Of a DNA stretch of 64,000 nt, positions 50,008-63,410 are shown in pieces. Position 1 is the stretch's first letter, and the number at the start of each line of letters is the position of its first letter. Below the pieces are notes generated by a model. It was given only the letters and a program-made list of their open reading frames with translations. It did no database searches and was not told the origin of the DNA. Source of the stretch: Podarcis filfolensis (lineage: Eukaryota). The translations under genes were made by a program, and so were the position numbers. The stretch is from assembly GCA_964270895.1 (NCBI GenBank), contig OZ185441.1; one strand, 5' to 3'.

Positions 50008-50324
50008 CAGGGTTTCCACATAGAGGAGGGAGAAAGGTTGTTTTCTGCTGCTCCAGAGAAGCGGACACGGAGCAATGGATCCAAACTACAAGAAAGAAGA
50101 TTCCACCTAAACATTAGGAAGAACTTCCTGACAGTAAGAGCTGTTTGACAGTGGAATTTGCTGCCAAGGAGTGTGGTGGAGTCTCCTTCTTTGGAGGTCT
50201 TTAAGCAGAGGCTTGACAACCATATGTCAGGAGTGCTCTGATGGTGTTTCCTGCTTGGCAGGGGGTTGGACTCGATGGCCCTTGTGGTCTCTTCCAACTC
50301 CATGATTCTATGATTCTATGATTC
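50008..50324 (+). mobile_element. CR1 LINE 3' end
   Basis: Encodes ...[58 protein letters not shown] and ends in the (atgattct)n terminal repeat. Confidence 0.95.
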
Positions 50325-50687
50325 CTTTTCTTCAGCACCAAATGTGCTGATTCAGGTCTCATGTTGCTTTACTAAAGGCACCACAACACTTGTTTAATCA
50401 GAAGGACCTGGGCAGTGCATAGACATTTGCATTAAAAAAAAAGGTTGGTCTAAAATATAGTAATAATGAGGTTGCCAAAACTGTAATCTTCTAATGTTGC
50501 TCATTTATTACCAGCGAATATCTAATGATAATTACCTTCATGCAGCTGTGCTTGTCCCCAGGTTTAAAAAGCAGTAGGTGAAATCATAGTATGGGATTGT
50601 TGCAATCACAACAGAGGTGCCTCATTGGACAATGACAGATTTAACCGGTCTAAGGTGTGTCAAATGTTAATTACAGTAAGTTATTAA

Positions 50688-50824
50688 CCTTCCCCAGCAT
50701 GGTGCCCTCCAAATGTTTTGGACTAGGACTTCTATCAGCCCCAGTCAGCATGGCCAATGGCCTGGAAAGATGAGAGCTATAATCCCAAACCATCTACAGG
50801 GCACCAAGTTGGGGGAAAAGGCTG
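50688..50824. mobile_element. Degenerate hAT MITE
   Basis: ccttccccagcatggtgccctccaaatgttttggact ... gggcaccaagttgggggaaaaggctg, imperfect TIRs. Confidence 0.65.
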
Positions 50825-52058
50825 GGTTCTGTATTTTATTGCAACCCTCACTAACCTTGGGTATTTCTCTTTTGAGACAAGTCATCCAAATGAATTGCTA
50901 AGGAAATGCACTTATATAATGCAACCATCAGCACTTTGGTAAAAATGGAAGTGTGTACAATAACAATAATAAGCTTGCCCTACATTTCTCTCAGCTGAGA
51001 CAGGTTAATTGAAAAAAACCAGGCAATTTATCTAGAGAATGGTAAAGGCTTAAAACAGGGGAAAGCAGAATTAGCCAGATGGCTCTCTTGTGTTCTCCCT
51101 TATCCTGTTCCCCTGAACTTGATAGTGCAGGCTGGGAATAAGAGGGAAATATCACTGTGCAGTATTCTGCTGCAGAAGTCTATCCACCTGTAATTCACAT
51201 AGATAAAATCCCCAAGTGTTTCCACTTGGGAGAGATATATTCACACTATCAATCTGTAAAACAGTCAAAAGTAATATAACTTATGTGATGGAGAGCCTTA
51301 AACTTGTTTACATTGAGGTAACATCACTGGGTACATTTATCATTTTATACAACATGTTCTACACAGTGTATTGGAAGAATAGGCATACTTACAATGCAAC
51401 TACTAGTAAATACCTGATTAGAATATTGCATAGCTTTTACAAGACCACAACTCATGCCTTTATGTCACTGTTCCAGGATCTTCCAGGACAGTTCTCATGA
51501 ATGCTTTGACAAGATCATATATTCATCCAATGAGGTATTTAATCCCCCCCCCTTAAGGAAATACGAACACACTATTCTTTTAATATTTCAAAATGAGGCA
51601 CTCTTTGCAAGGAACAACAAAACATATATTTCATTCTTCAGCAAGGTTTGAATCAATATGTTTTCAAAAATCAAATTGTTTTTTAAGATAATACACAATT
51701 TATTAATGGCATTGGGAACACTGATATTCATAGGTTCAAAACAGCATGGGAACAAGATCTTATAAAACAATTCACAGTTCACAATTGATAGCAAATCTGT
51801 CCAGGTATGCCATGTACCATTGCTACTATTTGAAAAGACAGCTGCTCAGAATCAAGGTAAATGTACAGAACTCCCCAAACCTCCTCCCGCATCTCATTTG
51901 GAGACAATTTCTTCTCTTCCTCTCCCTCAAAAATGCCCACCCACAATGTATGGTCAAAAACTGAAATATGCTGGATTGCATGACCAGAAAGCGACAGCCC
52001 CAGCCCCAGGGATCATAAGGAATAAAGACTCTGACAATGTTATATAGAATTAAAATTA

Positions 52059-52278
52059 GGCCACAACTTTATTAAACTTCCGAATGCAGATAGACCTTGG
52101 CTTAGCCTTGGGCATGTATCCTTCCCAGGCCCACAGCTGGGAAAAACTGGGGCTCATCAGGGTAAATGGGATATGGGGGTGCTCTGTGAGATGTAAGTGT
52201 AGCAAGCAGCCAAGCCCATATCCCCGCACACATGGTAGTTCACTGATGACCTTTCAGTGTATAGCCAGTGACACCCAT

Positions 52279-52324
<46 letters not shown>

Positions 52325-52745
52325 CCCCTTTAAGAGGGGGATGCTGGAATTGCTGCTGCAGGAGGTGAGTCACTTCATGCCCCCCCCCCAATAGGGAAGA
52401 AAGACTAAAGGATTCCACCCAAGGCCTTAACCGCCACCCGAGACCGCAAATTTGTGGTCTTGCTGCCAAGACCTCCTACATCTGGAAAACCATTCAACTT
52501 ACCTCCAACCACTCCATCAGGCCATGCCTGATGTCATACAACAAGAGATCACTCGAGGCAAGCCAGCCCCTGTTTGCCAGTAAGCTCCCTGGGAACTGTA
52601 GCACCATGCGCGATCCCGCAAAGGGCACCCACAACGTAAAGTGTGAGTGCCCATTATTGAAACAGTCTTAGCTCCGGTCCAATCACACAAGGAGTTACTT
52701 GGCACAATGCTCCTCATGCTGCCCACATATAAGGTACCCATCAAG
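52059..52745 (-). mobile_element. Probable Ngaro/DIRS-like retrotransposon relic with decayed final ORF, interrupted by (TA)n
   Basis: Homologous to 43263-43712. Minus-strand frames give SIVPS...DWTGAKT and GIAHG...SDLLLYDIRHGLMEWL, resembling the end of the SGNH-type ORF. Confidence 0.45.
52281..52323. repeat. (TA)n microsatellite
   Basis: Direct reading. Confidence 0.98.
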
Positions 52746-55457
52746 GCATGGCAAAGTTTAATACTCTCATGTCACCCAACCCAGTACATGCACAGTCTCT
52801 GCAATTAGATGGTCACATAGAGGCCACACTAGTCTCACTTTGTGCACACACCAGGAAACAAGAGACAACCATACATTTTAGAGTTTCTTGTAGACAGGAA
52901 TTCAACTTAACCAGCTCCATAACCCAGTGGAGAATCCATTGGTTTTCTAGAAGAGTTCGTGTCCTGCTGTGGGAACAATGTTCCCAGATAGATATAGTTG
53001 GAGCAGTTAAAATTGAAGCTGGAGAAGCATTGAAGCGTCATAATGCTCACCATGTATTTAAATCAAGCATTAATAATCACAAAGTTCTGTATTCATAGTC
53101 AATCAATAAGAGATTTGACAGCATCCCAATCAATATGAACTTCCACCCAGCATACCATGGGCAAAGTTAGATGAATGGCTCTGCAGTTCTAAGAGCCACA
53201 AAGTCCCCTACCACACCATGAACCACCTTCATGTTTAGTTTCAAAAGATTTTTCTATGCATCAGGAAGGATACCTCAAGAGACACAGAGTTCGTTGGAGT
53301 TTACACTGCAGGGTTCTTTGGATCATAGCCTTTTGGTCCATGATGTAGAATTAGGGATAGTGGTAATTATCTAACTCTTATTCTTGTACATAAGACTCCA
53401 ATCCAGTGCATAGTTACTTGGGTGTAAGTCACATTAAATGGAATAGTCCTTGCTTCTGAGTAAACATGCACAGGATATCAAGGTAAAGCATCTTGGACAG
53501 ATACTTGCATAGCATTTAAAGAAATCCACAGCTTCCCTGATAAGACTGGTGAACTGTTCTTTTAGATAGGAATATACCCTCCAATTCCAGCTAGCCTAGT
53601 TGCTGAAGTTTCAGCTTGTCAATTCAAGGTCAAAAGATAAGAGTGAGAGAGCACATTAACACATAAAACATTGGCAGCTTGGTGAAACGATATATGCATT
53701 ATGCAGAACATGATTAACGATTAACTTGCACAGGTTAGCATTTTCAGCATTGGCTAATTATTTTGAGTGCTTCATATTTGATAAATATTTCTGGGTAGGA
53801 TTTGAACATTTATATGGAGGCTTCTAAAGCTATTGGTTCCCTTTGAAATACTGGCAGTCAATTTCTGTGGCTCTCTATTGCAGCTACTCAAATGGCAGAT
53901 GATTATAACAGTACTTTCCAGTATCCAGGGTACTTTGAAAATCCATTAAATATTGCAAAGCATTATGATGCCATGGTGACCAGAACCATAGAAAATATGT
54001 AATTAACCTCCTTTCAAAACAAGGAACAGGAAACGAAGCTAGGAAAAATGTCTTATTGACCATCAAATGTGAATGCTCAAACTGCACACACTAATTGATG
54101 TATTAAGTAACAATTATTATATCCCAGTTTTTGACTTGCACTATTCAATTGCTTGCTCCATGGTATAATTTAGAGGTTTCAGATCAGTTATTTATTATGC
54201 TCATCCTTTTTAATTAATTAATAACATCCGTTGAGTTCTCCTAACATAAGCTGAAAGTTGGAGACTTACTTTGTATGTTCAAATAAGCTCACAAGGAAAT
54301 ATTAATTTAGGCTATAACCCTTTGTGCTATGTCCAAGTATATATGCATAGATTATTATTTTTGTTTAAAAAAGTTTCATTCTGAAGTACAAGTAAATATA
54401 TTGCAACCCAATAACAAAAACAAAGGTGGACAAGAAATCGTATAATAAATATGAATAAAGTCATAGCCCCCAAAGACATAAAGCATATTAAAACACTTCT
54501 ATAAGTACATAATAGAATGTTAATATTGTAAGGCAAGTAAATATATATTCCTAAAATGATAAATGAAGTTCAAACACCCCTTTGCTGTTGTAATAGATGA
54601 AGGGAGACCACATTTCAAAGAAGTCTTGTTTCACTATGACCCTTGTGAGTCTACTTTGATGTTAACTCTTCAGACAATGCTAAGTACCAAATCTTTGTGA
54701 ACCACTTTTGGAAAACATGCAGAGAGTTGCACTATAAGACAAGCATCTGGGTAATCCTTCTAATGGACTTTCTAACACCCCTGTTTCTGATGAACTAATC
54801 TTCAATTTTTGACACACTCTCCAGGTATCCGAGGCATTAAAATGCCTACTGTTGGTGACATTACCTGCCCAAGTTTCAGATCAATAAAAAGCAATGCCCT
54901 TTATGTGTTTAGTTTCACACTGTGATGGATATACTTGTTCCTAATGAGATATTTCAGGCTCTCTCCTTAGAAAATAGGCACTGAAATACTGTATTATGGT
55001 GTTACTATGCTAGTGGCTGCTAATGCCTGTGCAACATTGGCAGAATGCAGTTGAGATCCTGCACACACCCAGCACCAAAGGAATAAGCAAATCAATACCA
55101 GTGTAAATGAGAAATAATATAGCAACTCTGATAGACATTCCCACAGCACCCACCTATCACAAACAACACACCAAATATGCTCCCCACATCAAATTTCAAT
55201 GCCTACTAAAAGCTGAATGACCCAATGCCATCACCCTATATAAGATGCAAAAAATCCCAACCCCAACCCAGAACTAGACAGCAACAAAGATGGCATCTCA
55301 CCCATCCTAGTAAAGGCCATTGACACATAATGAGCAGGCATCCAGAAACAGCCATCTACTTGCCCACTCCAGTGAGTCCTCATAGTCTGCTTGCAACCTT
55401 TTATCAGGCAAACAGAGCCACAGAGAGAATGGAGGACCAATATCCTTCTCTCAGCAC

Positions 55458-55712
55458 TAGGGACTGGGGGGAGGGATTCAGTTAAGTTTGTATTTAATTG
55501 CATTATATTAGGAGAAATTGCTTGCACTAATGTGCACATTAGGCAAAATTGCATTAAAATCATGTGTATTCAGAAAAATGTGCAACAAATTTTCATGAGG
55601 GCTTTTTTTTTAAAAAAATCACATACTGATGTGGAAATGTGATGAGCTAAATTTATTACTGGAAAAAATGGGAAACTGAGATAAAGAAAATTGACAGATT
55701 TATCCGTCCCTA
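55458..55712 (+). mobile_element. Non-autonomous DNA transposon with tagggac/gtcccta termini
   Basis: Short TIR. Internal actgatgtggaaatgtg is shared in reverse orientation with 56675. Confidence 0.65.
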
Positions 55713-56669
55713 CCCAGACTACAGCCGCTCAGCTCCAAAGCTTAGTGGGTATTAAGCATGCACTGAGAAGACATGGGCTTTCTGGGGAAAGGGTTCAAGT
55801 TCTACCATGTGTATTGGGGGGGGGGACAATACACCCACACACTCACCAGATCTCTCCAAGTAAAAATAGCTGTATTGTGGTAAAAGTAATCATTAATATA
55901 TATTGTGCAGCTGCATCTTTGTTGTTCTTTACAGCATCACAGATGGGGGGGGGGAATTGTTGTCAGGACTGAAGCATACAAGAAGGGAAGCTTTTAAACC
56001 ATTCATCTGGATCTAGTTTGGTGGAAGACCTCAAACAGCCCCCCTCCCACCCTGCCAAATGTGTAGGCACCACCCTAAAAGCTGCTGAAGTGAATATTGG
56101 GGAAGAAGAGGGCACCTGCTAACTATGAGAATAATAGAAACACATGTAGAACAATTATCACTTTTAATGAAGTACAACAGTGGTGGATTGAATTCAGACA
56201 GCATCACAATAACTACAAGCTGCCCGCTTCTTCTTTTCATGCAAGACCATTCACTCCACAAAGAAAATTTGCATGATGAGCTACACCTGCTGATAGTTCC
56301 TCATCTACACAGCTGTTCAAGATGCAGCAACCCTGACCTCTTTTTCAGCAGGTCACCCCAAATATAGGAAGTCCACATGTGAATCTGAAATCATATGCAA
56401 AAGAGCTCTGGACCAAGAACATTGTGTTTAAGATTAGGCTGTTATGAGGAAATAACTGGCTGCTATTAACTCCTGAGAAACACTGTTCCACTGTTTGTTT
56501 TCTAGGCAACTCGTGTGAGTGTTCCTTATTTCAGAAGCCTTGTACACCCTCCAAGTTCTTTGAAGGAAGATAAAAATGTGGTATGTAAAATAAATACATA
56601 GACCCATGTGCACAAGCCATTTAGATAAGCAATCTAAATATTCCCTTGTCCTCTAAGTACTTAGATTAA

Positions 56670-57047
56670 AGTGTCCACATTTCCACATCAGTTTGAGAAT
56701 TCTTTTTAAAATTTATGAAAGTTCATCAGGATTTTAGTCAAAATCTTACTTAATGTACACTTTTTTGTATGCAATTTGTATGCAATTTGTTGTGATTTCC
56801 CCTAAAATAGTAGTAGTAATAATACTCCACCAATAGTTCATTTTGGCATGTTATTTTGACTAATATTTGCAATTTAAAGTACATGTTACCTAGTCTATGC
56901 ATTTTTGTACACATTACTTGGTTGGAGAACTGCATTGCAAAATTCAGAGAAGTATGGATGTCAAAGGCTGATTGTGTTTCAGAAAAATATAAGCTGGATC
57001 CCTTTGCCTTTAAACATGAACTGAATCAAATTTCTTCCTCATCCATA
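56670..57047 (-). mobile_element. Same DNA-transposon family as 55458-55712, inverted
   Basis: cacatttccacatcagt near the left end and gaactgaatcaaatttcttcctcatccata at the right end. Confidence 0.6.
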
Positions 57048-57489
57048 AGCATGAAAATATCAATCTTATTCAGAGAGTACTTGGACTGAGCAGAATATAT
57101 ACTGAGAAACATGTTGTGGATATATGATTAAGGCTGCAATCTTCTACATACCTGTTCAGAAGCAAATCTTATTGAAGCCAATGAGCCTGATCCTTCTTTG
57201 CAACTGGTCAATCTAGTTTCCTATGAAACTATATAACCGTGATCCCTCTACTACCTGATCATTTCTGCTTCTTTTTTTACTCGTCATGTGCTTAAAAGGT
57301 TCGGGAATGAAAGCTTTAACTGTCTTCCTTAGAAGTTTTGACTGGTGGATGAGAGTTAAAGGGAAGCATCTTTATTTCTAGGGGCAAAGATAGAAATTCT
57401 ATAGCAAAATCCTCTGGGATGAACCAAGATAGTTTAACTCCTTCATCCATGGCTTAGCTGGAGATGTGCTAGCATATCTTCCCCATCCT

Positions 57490-57760
57490 GGCTCAGTTGG
57501 AACCCAACTTCCTGAGCCAAGCCTGGTGGATTAAGCTGGTGTAAGTCTTGAAAAGGGGGTATTCCAGGGTGTGGTGTGGGCAGGACCAGAGTGGGAGGCT
57601 AGATCCTAAGCTGTTCAGGTGTAAATTATGCCTGCAAAATGCTTGTTCTCCCTCTGCCAGACTTAGGCCAGCACAGCCTGCAGTAAGTAGCCCTGCTGCT
57701 GAGCACACATTGGATCTGATATAACTTTATGCCAGCAGAATTTACACCAGCTTGCTTTAT
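57490..57760. mobile_element. Ancient palindromic DNA-transposon-like relic
   Basis: gctggtgtaa near the left end versus tttacaccagc near the right end, imperfectly inverted. Confidence 0.35.
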
Positions 57761-59921
57761 GCCATTTTATTGTGTACATAATTGCTCCTCAACACTATTT
57801 CATCTGATGGAGAATGAAATCTAATATTGAAGATGAACATAAAGTATTGCAATGAGCGGTATTTTGGTTTATTAAATTACAAATTATCCTTCAAGTGTAA
57901 GAAAGGCATTTCTATTGAGGTTTTGGTAACACAAAAAACTTAACCCAATACAATTAACTGTATAATCAGTTAAAGAAAGATAATTATCAACTAAACATTC
58001 TTAATTGAATAAGAGACCTAATTTTTGCTCATTATGGAAGAAGTGAAATTGAATCACAATGAGAGGCTAGCTTTAGAAGAAAATAGTATTTGCCAAAAAG
58101 GAAAACAGCAACACTCTCCCCACCCTTTCTCATTCTTTGGAAGATTGTGATGAAAACTCAGGTTGCAATTCTGAATCTTGATATCCATTGCTGTATAAGA
58201 CCAACACCTTTGCCAAGTGTCTCTGTGTGTCCAAACTGAACTTACTTAGGCTCGCTTGCACTCTTGGTGGCTATGTTTTCTGCATGGTCCCCAACCTTGT
58301 ATGCACAGTTTGTACATGTGTAGGAACATTGCAGATGAAGATGTGAGGAATGGAGGGTAGCATTTGCAACCCAGTCTCTTCTATGTGCATTAACTGTGAG
58401 CAAATTGGAGTGCCTGAATAGTGCATAAGGGGTTGGGCAACAAAGATATCCAAAACATGTTTTATAGACAGTCTGTATCCAGAATAAATTCAGAAGCCCA
58501 TCTGTGGTACAGAAAAATACACCTCTTTTGGCCGAAGTTGTTTGGAACAGTAAAAAAATAAGACAAGACTAATGAACAGGGTGGGAGGTACCATACAGTA
58601 TCTGTTGGTGGCTTTAGATATTCGGGTACAAATAGCATACCAGTGGTGAATAGCAGAACACATAGATATGTAGGCTGTTCCTTTCTGAATTATTGCTTCT
58701 GTGTCCGAGGAGAGGAAAACAGTAATTTAAACACACCTGTGATATTCAGGACTGATGAGAGGTAAATATGTTATGCTCTGAGGTACAAAAATTATCTCAA
58801 GTAGTATCCTTAGGATGGAAGGTAGTTGCAATCCATAGTCCTTGTACACATGTAGATATTTAGTATACACTTGCCTATTGAACATTTAGTTTCTATAGTA
58901 ACCAGAAAGGCATTATATGAAAAACTGGGTCTCATTCATTTATTTCAGGCTGAAACATGCCTAATTAAGATGCAAGCTCCTAAAAAAAGTAGGTAAGCAA
59001 AAATATATATCTGATTCTTATCAGAAGATTGGGAAAGACTGTATAAAGCTTAATGTCTTGTTTTAGTGTTAAATTATTTCACTTGCCAAGATCCTCAAGA
59101 TGCCTAATCAGGTCACCACAGAGTTGCGGCTTATGTAAGGATATTGCTACCATTACGGAGAACAGGAGAAAAAATCTTGTTCTATCCAAGTTAATTCCCA
59201 AGGTTCTTTGTTTAGTGAGGTAACGATTGTTGCTCACAGCAAGGTTTCTTTTAATTGCACTAGGGCTCTTTCTGTAGGAGATCAGACAAAGTCATGCTGA
59301 TGCTGGAAACTTAGTGCAAAGCTAAAGCTAAAGTCCCTCCTCAGATGTTTGTTTCTATCAAGACTGGAATGGTTGAGAAGAGACACACCATGTTTTGTAG
59401 CTCATGATTCATAGGGGATTGATGTAGCCAGCAACAAACTGAACTATCTTTGATGTCTCCTACTCAGTGGATCAAAACCCCACCGACTAGGATGAAATGC
59501 CTAAGCAATCTGCAAGCAAGACATGAACCCAATCGACTTTAGAAATGTTGTCATGTCCTTTCACCAGGGGACTCTACTGCACCATTTTCGGACAAGGACT
59601 TTGTAAATCCTGATGACATTAAAATACGTTGACCTCTGCACACCTTATCATGGATCAATTCTTCTGGAATAATTGCCCCCCGTTGCTGTACTTGATGAAC
59701 GCAGATGATATTCACCATTTCAATCTTTTACACATTTACATGATTTCAGTGAACTTGCATCATTCAAGATTACTCTGAAGGAATGAACCAAAAAGGTAGG
59801 ACAACTCTCAGTTCTCTTGAATTAAATGTAAATTGGACACTGTGTTACTCTGAATATACTCACCAATAGAATAGGCTTCCCTTGATAAGTTAGATGACCA
59901 CCTATTTGGGATGCTTTAGGA

Positions 59922-59999
59922 CAACCTTCTCCAACCTGGCTGAAGGTGGTGGGAGTTGTAGTCCAAAACATATGGAAGACACCAGGTTATGAAAGGCTG
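59922..59999. mobile_element. Short hAT MITE with 7/8 TSD
   Basis: ctttagga | caaccttctccaacctgg...ccaggttatgaaaggctg | ctttagaa. Confidence 0.75.
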
Positions 60000-61474
60000 C
60001 TTTAGAACATCTATCTAACCTTTCAAGACCTGTAACTCCCATCAGCCCCAGCCAGTTTAGCCAGTGGTCAGGGGGCCACAGATTCCCTGTCTCTACTTTA
60101 GGTATAGATCCTATTTTCGCATCAACAATGCCAGTTTCTGTAAGCTTATCTCTCTTTCAGCTGTTTAGTTGGAAACTTTTTATTGTACTGCTGTAGAATA
60201 CTGCAAAACTTGATTGGATTTCTGTTTATGTGTAAATATTGTAAACTAGGGATAGTCAATAGGTTGCCATCAGCATGGCCAAAGATCAGAAGGGTGCTGT
60301 AGACTGAAGTGAAAAGAAAGATTTTGAATTAGTAACCTACAAGGTATCACAACTGCTTCTTGGTTAGTGTTCAGGTGTTTCTGAGGCCATAAGACTAAGG
60401 GACTTGTAATCATGTAAATAGTTATGAGAAGAAGGATGGGACTTGTGCATTGTGACCAAAGAACTCAGAGCTAAATAGAGAGGAAGGCTTGCTGTATGCC
60501 TCTCTATAGTTGTTGTGGGAAACAAATATTTTGGGGGATTTGTCACACACAAAAGCCATTCAACATGCAGACCCCACTCTAGTAACTGTTAACTTTCCAT
60601 TCTCTGAGCTTTCAACAGTGCCCTCTCCATGTTATCAAAGTGCTTCAGGGGTGAAATTGGGCAGAATAAAAAATATAGATCACCATAGGGAAATAATAAA
60701 CCCTGTATCAGCTTGTTTGCTCAAAGGAAACATGCAACCTCTCTCCTTTATAAGGCCCACAGCCCTATTAACAAGGTGATCTGCTACAACATAACCATAA
60801 AAGCAGTAGCCATATAATTCAGCTGTGGGGAGGAGGAATTGCCTCCTTTAGCATCACATTACATCACTTCTAACCCTGGTGGTTTGCTCTGAGGATGTTA
60901 CCAGATCAACATGTTAAACATTTACTAGAATAACCTATTTGAGATCCAAGTCTGCAGCTTTTAAACTTGTCTCCTGCCAACAAACCAGCAGCTTCTGCAT
61001 ACCTGAGAAAACCTAGTGGCATACAGAAATCCACATTAGGTTTTTGTGTGTTTTTTAAAGAGTTCACTGAGGACTGTGCATGCATGAGTATACACAGGAG
61101 GGTGTGCACAGCTCTCTGGGAGAGGTTATAAATGTCCTATTGCTTCCAAATGTGCATAAATAAAAACTTCTTGAAATAAAAATTGTCCAGTCCAAAACTA
61201 TGGTTCAAAAGCTTTACTAACAGAACTTAGTGTACAATTTCCATGTACAATTAAACAATTATATTTAACAGAAATGTGTAGAACCAAAGATGGAAAGTTG
61301 AGAGAAACAATTTGACAGATTTCCCCTCCCACCTGTGAACAAGCTACTGAAATTAATTATCAGTAATTGTGACAAAGTTGGCACATGTAAGTGGCAGAAG
61401 TTGGGAGGGTGGTGCGGAGAGAGGCAAAGAGAGATCTTCTTAAAGGAGGCTACTTTGTTAAACACACAAATATA

Positions 61475-61475
<1 letters not shown>

Positions 61476-61519
<44 letters not shown>

Positions 61520-61600
61520 ATTTTCTATATCGCCCTTCATCCACAGATCTCAGGACAGTTCACAACCCAAAATCACACTATAAAAACCATATTAACAAGT
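61476..61600 (-). mobile_element. L2 3' terminus with (ATT)n tail
   Basis: (att)n at 61476-61518 followed by ctatatcgcccttcatccacagatctcaggacagttcacaa. Confidence 0.7.
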
Positions 61601-62769
61601 AGAGAGAAGCTCTCATGGATGTGGAAGTCTCGACCTTTCGAGCAACTCCCCTATGCATTTGCCTTTCTCTTATGCCACTCTGGTGAACTTGTGGGTGAAT
61701 AATTAGATGAGGGGTGGGGTGTGTGTGTCTCCCATTATTGATGAAGGCAGCTGACCCCACTGTTTACCTTTCAATTTGAAATCAAGCTGGCTAGAGAAAT
61801 GAAACAGAATGGGGTGCTTGTCAGATTTCCTGAAAGTGAAAAAAATATTTCTGTTTCTATAGTTTGCCTCAGCCTACTAAAGAGAGGCACAACAGGGTTT
61901 AAGATTCTAGATGTTGGTGTTACAAACTGGGGCCAACTAAAGAAAAAGGAAAGTCAGGAGTGAATGAGGAGCCCAAGGGCTTGAAGAAAGCAGAAAGGAA
62001 CTATCTATGCAAGACTGCATGAAGGAGTCTCCAGGAAGAGAGATTTTGATTTATTTACTTAAAGTTTTCTAGGGTGGTAGACTTATTACCCTTTATCACT
62101 GCATCTGCCTGCAATGTATAATTCAGAAGACTCTTCACACACAAAAATGTCAGGCAAAACAAAATTCAGGTTCCAAACTGCTAAGCAAGGGCATTGACAG
62201 GATTTCCTTACATTGTACTTTTGTTTTCCACTCTATCAACATCTGTATTTTAGCCTCAGATGGCTGGCTCCTCATTTTCAGCCAGACATGGAGGGCTTTG
62301 ATAAATCACTCTTGTTTGTTCTAACGCAGTGGAGGTTTTGGAGGAGTCAGCTGTGCAACCTGGAGCAGAGACCTGAATGGGCAGGAAATAAAAACAGAGG
62401 CTATTAAAAATGTTAAAGTTGGCTAATCAACTATTATCAAGTGCCCAACCCAGCTAATAGGTATAACATTAAACTTCAGGGTTGTTTTTCCTAGGTGGCA
62501 ATGGAACACATAGCAAATGGTGCTGAATTAGTCTATTCTCACAGCATCAGTTTAACTGGAATGGGAAAACATTTATTACAATAATAAATACATTATGGTT
62601 GCTCTTGGCTTTAAATGCCAAACCTGTAAATAAAGGCACAAAATTGAATTTAAAAGAGCTCCAGAACAAATGATGATGCTTCTGGTATTTGCTAAAAATG
62701 GAATGTAGTGTGAATGGCATGATAGTTGATGTAAATGAGTTGTCATGACACAGAGTTTCCTTCATAGGT

Positions 62770-63410
62770 AAGACAGAGGTGCTCAGGAAGAAGGTCGACC
62801 TGAATAAAGAGTCAGCCTGTTTTGGGTGGGGAAGTACTCTCCTTGGTTTGGGAGCATTCTGGGAATGCGTCTGGATTTGGTTTTAGACTTGGATAACCAG
62901 TTGGCAGCTGTAGCCACACATGCCTTTGCTCAGCTGAGGCTGGTGAGCTTGTTCTGTCCATTCCTGAGGTAATTCCAATTTACCGGTACTTCTAGGCACA
63001 ATTCAAAGTGTTGGTGATTGCCTTTAGTGTCCTAAATGGCTTTCTTGGGGGACCACCTTCTCCCATATCCTGCTTGCTTTCCAAGACCAGAAGGACAAAT
63101 AATCTCTGTGTCTCCCATAGAGTGTGGCAAGAGAGAGGCCCTTCTCAGGGATTGTAGGACACCTTGGCATTTGAAGCAGCTAGCAGCTTTCCTCAACATT
63201 TTTTCTGCTGGTTGCATAAAACATTTTTGTTCCAGAAGCCTTTGGGTTTATGGGGGGGGGGATGATGTTTTTATGACTTGATTTTAACTGCTTTTATTGA
63301 TATTTAAATTGATTTACTGTTTTGAAGTTGCCTTTTTAAAAGTTGCAAGCTGCTCTTGAGTTGTGCTTTCCACAAGAAGAGTAGGGTATAAATATCAATT
63401 AATTAATAAA
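62770..63410 (+). mobile_element. Old L2 LINE 3' portion with internal deletions
   Basis: cacaattcaaagtgttggtgattgcctttagtgtcctaaatgg resembles the L2 ORF2 AQFKVLVITFKALNG motif. Ends in a typical L2 3' UTR. Confidence 0.75.

Noticed and set aside
54597-54644. 48-nt mini-exon candidate (EGRPHFKEVLFHYDP)
   Set aside because: Poor polypyrimidine tract, non-consensus exonic donor bases, and no recognised homology.
59560-59740. About 58-codon open frame on the minus strand
   Set aside because: No credible acceptor or donor and no recognisable product.
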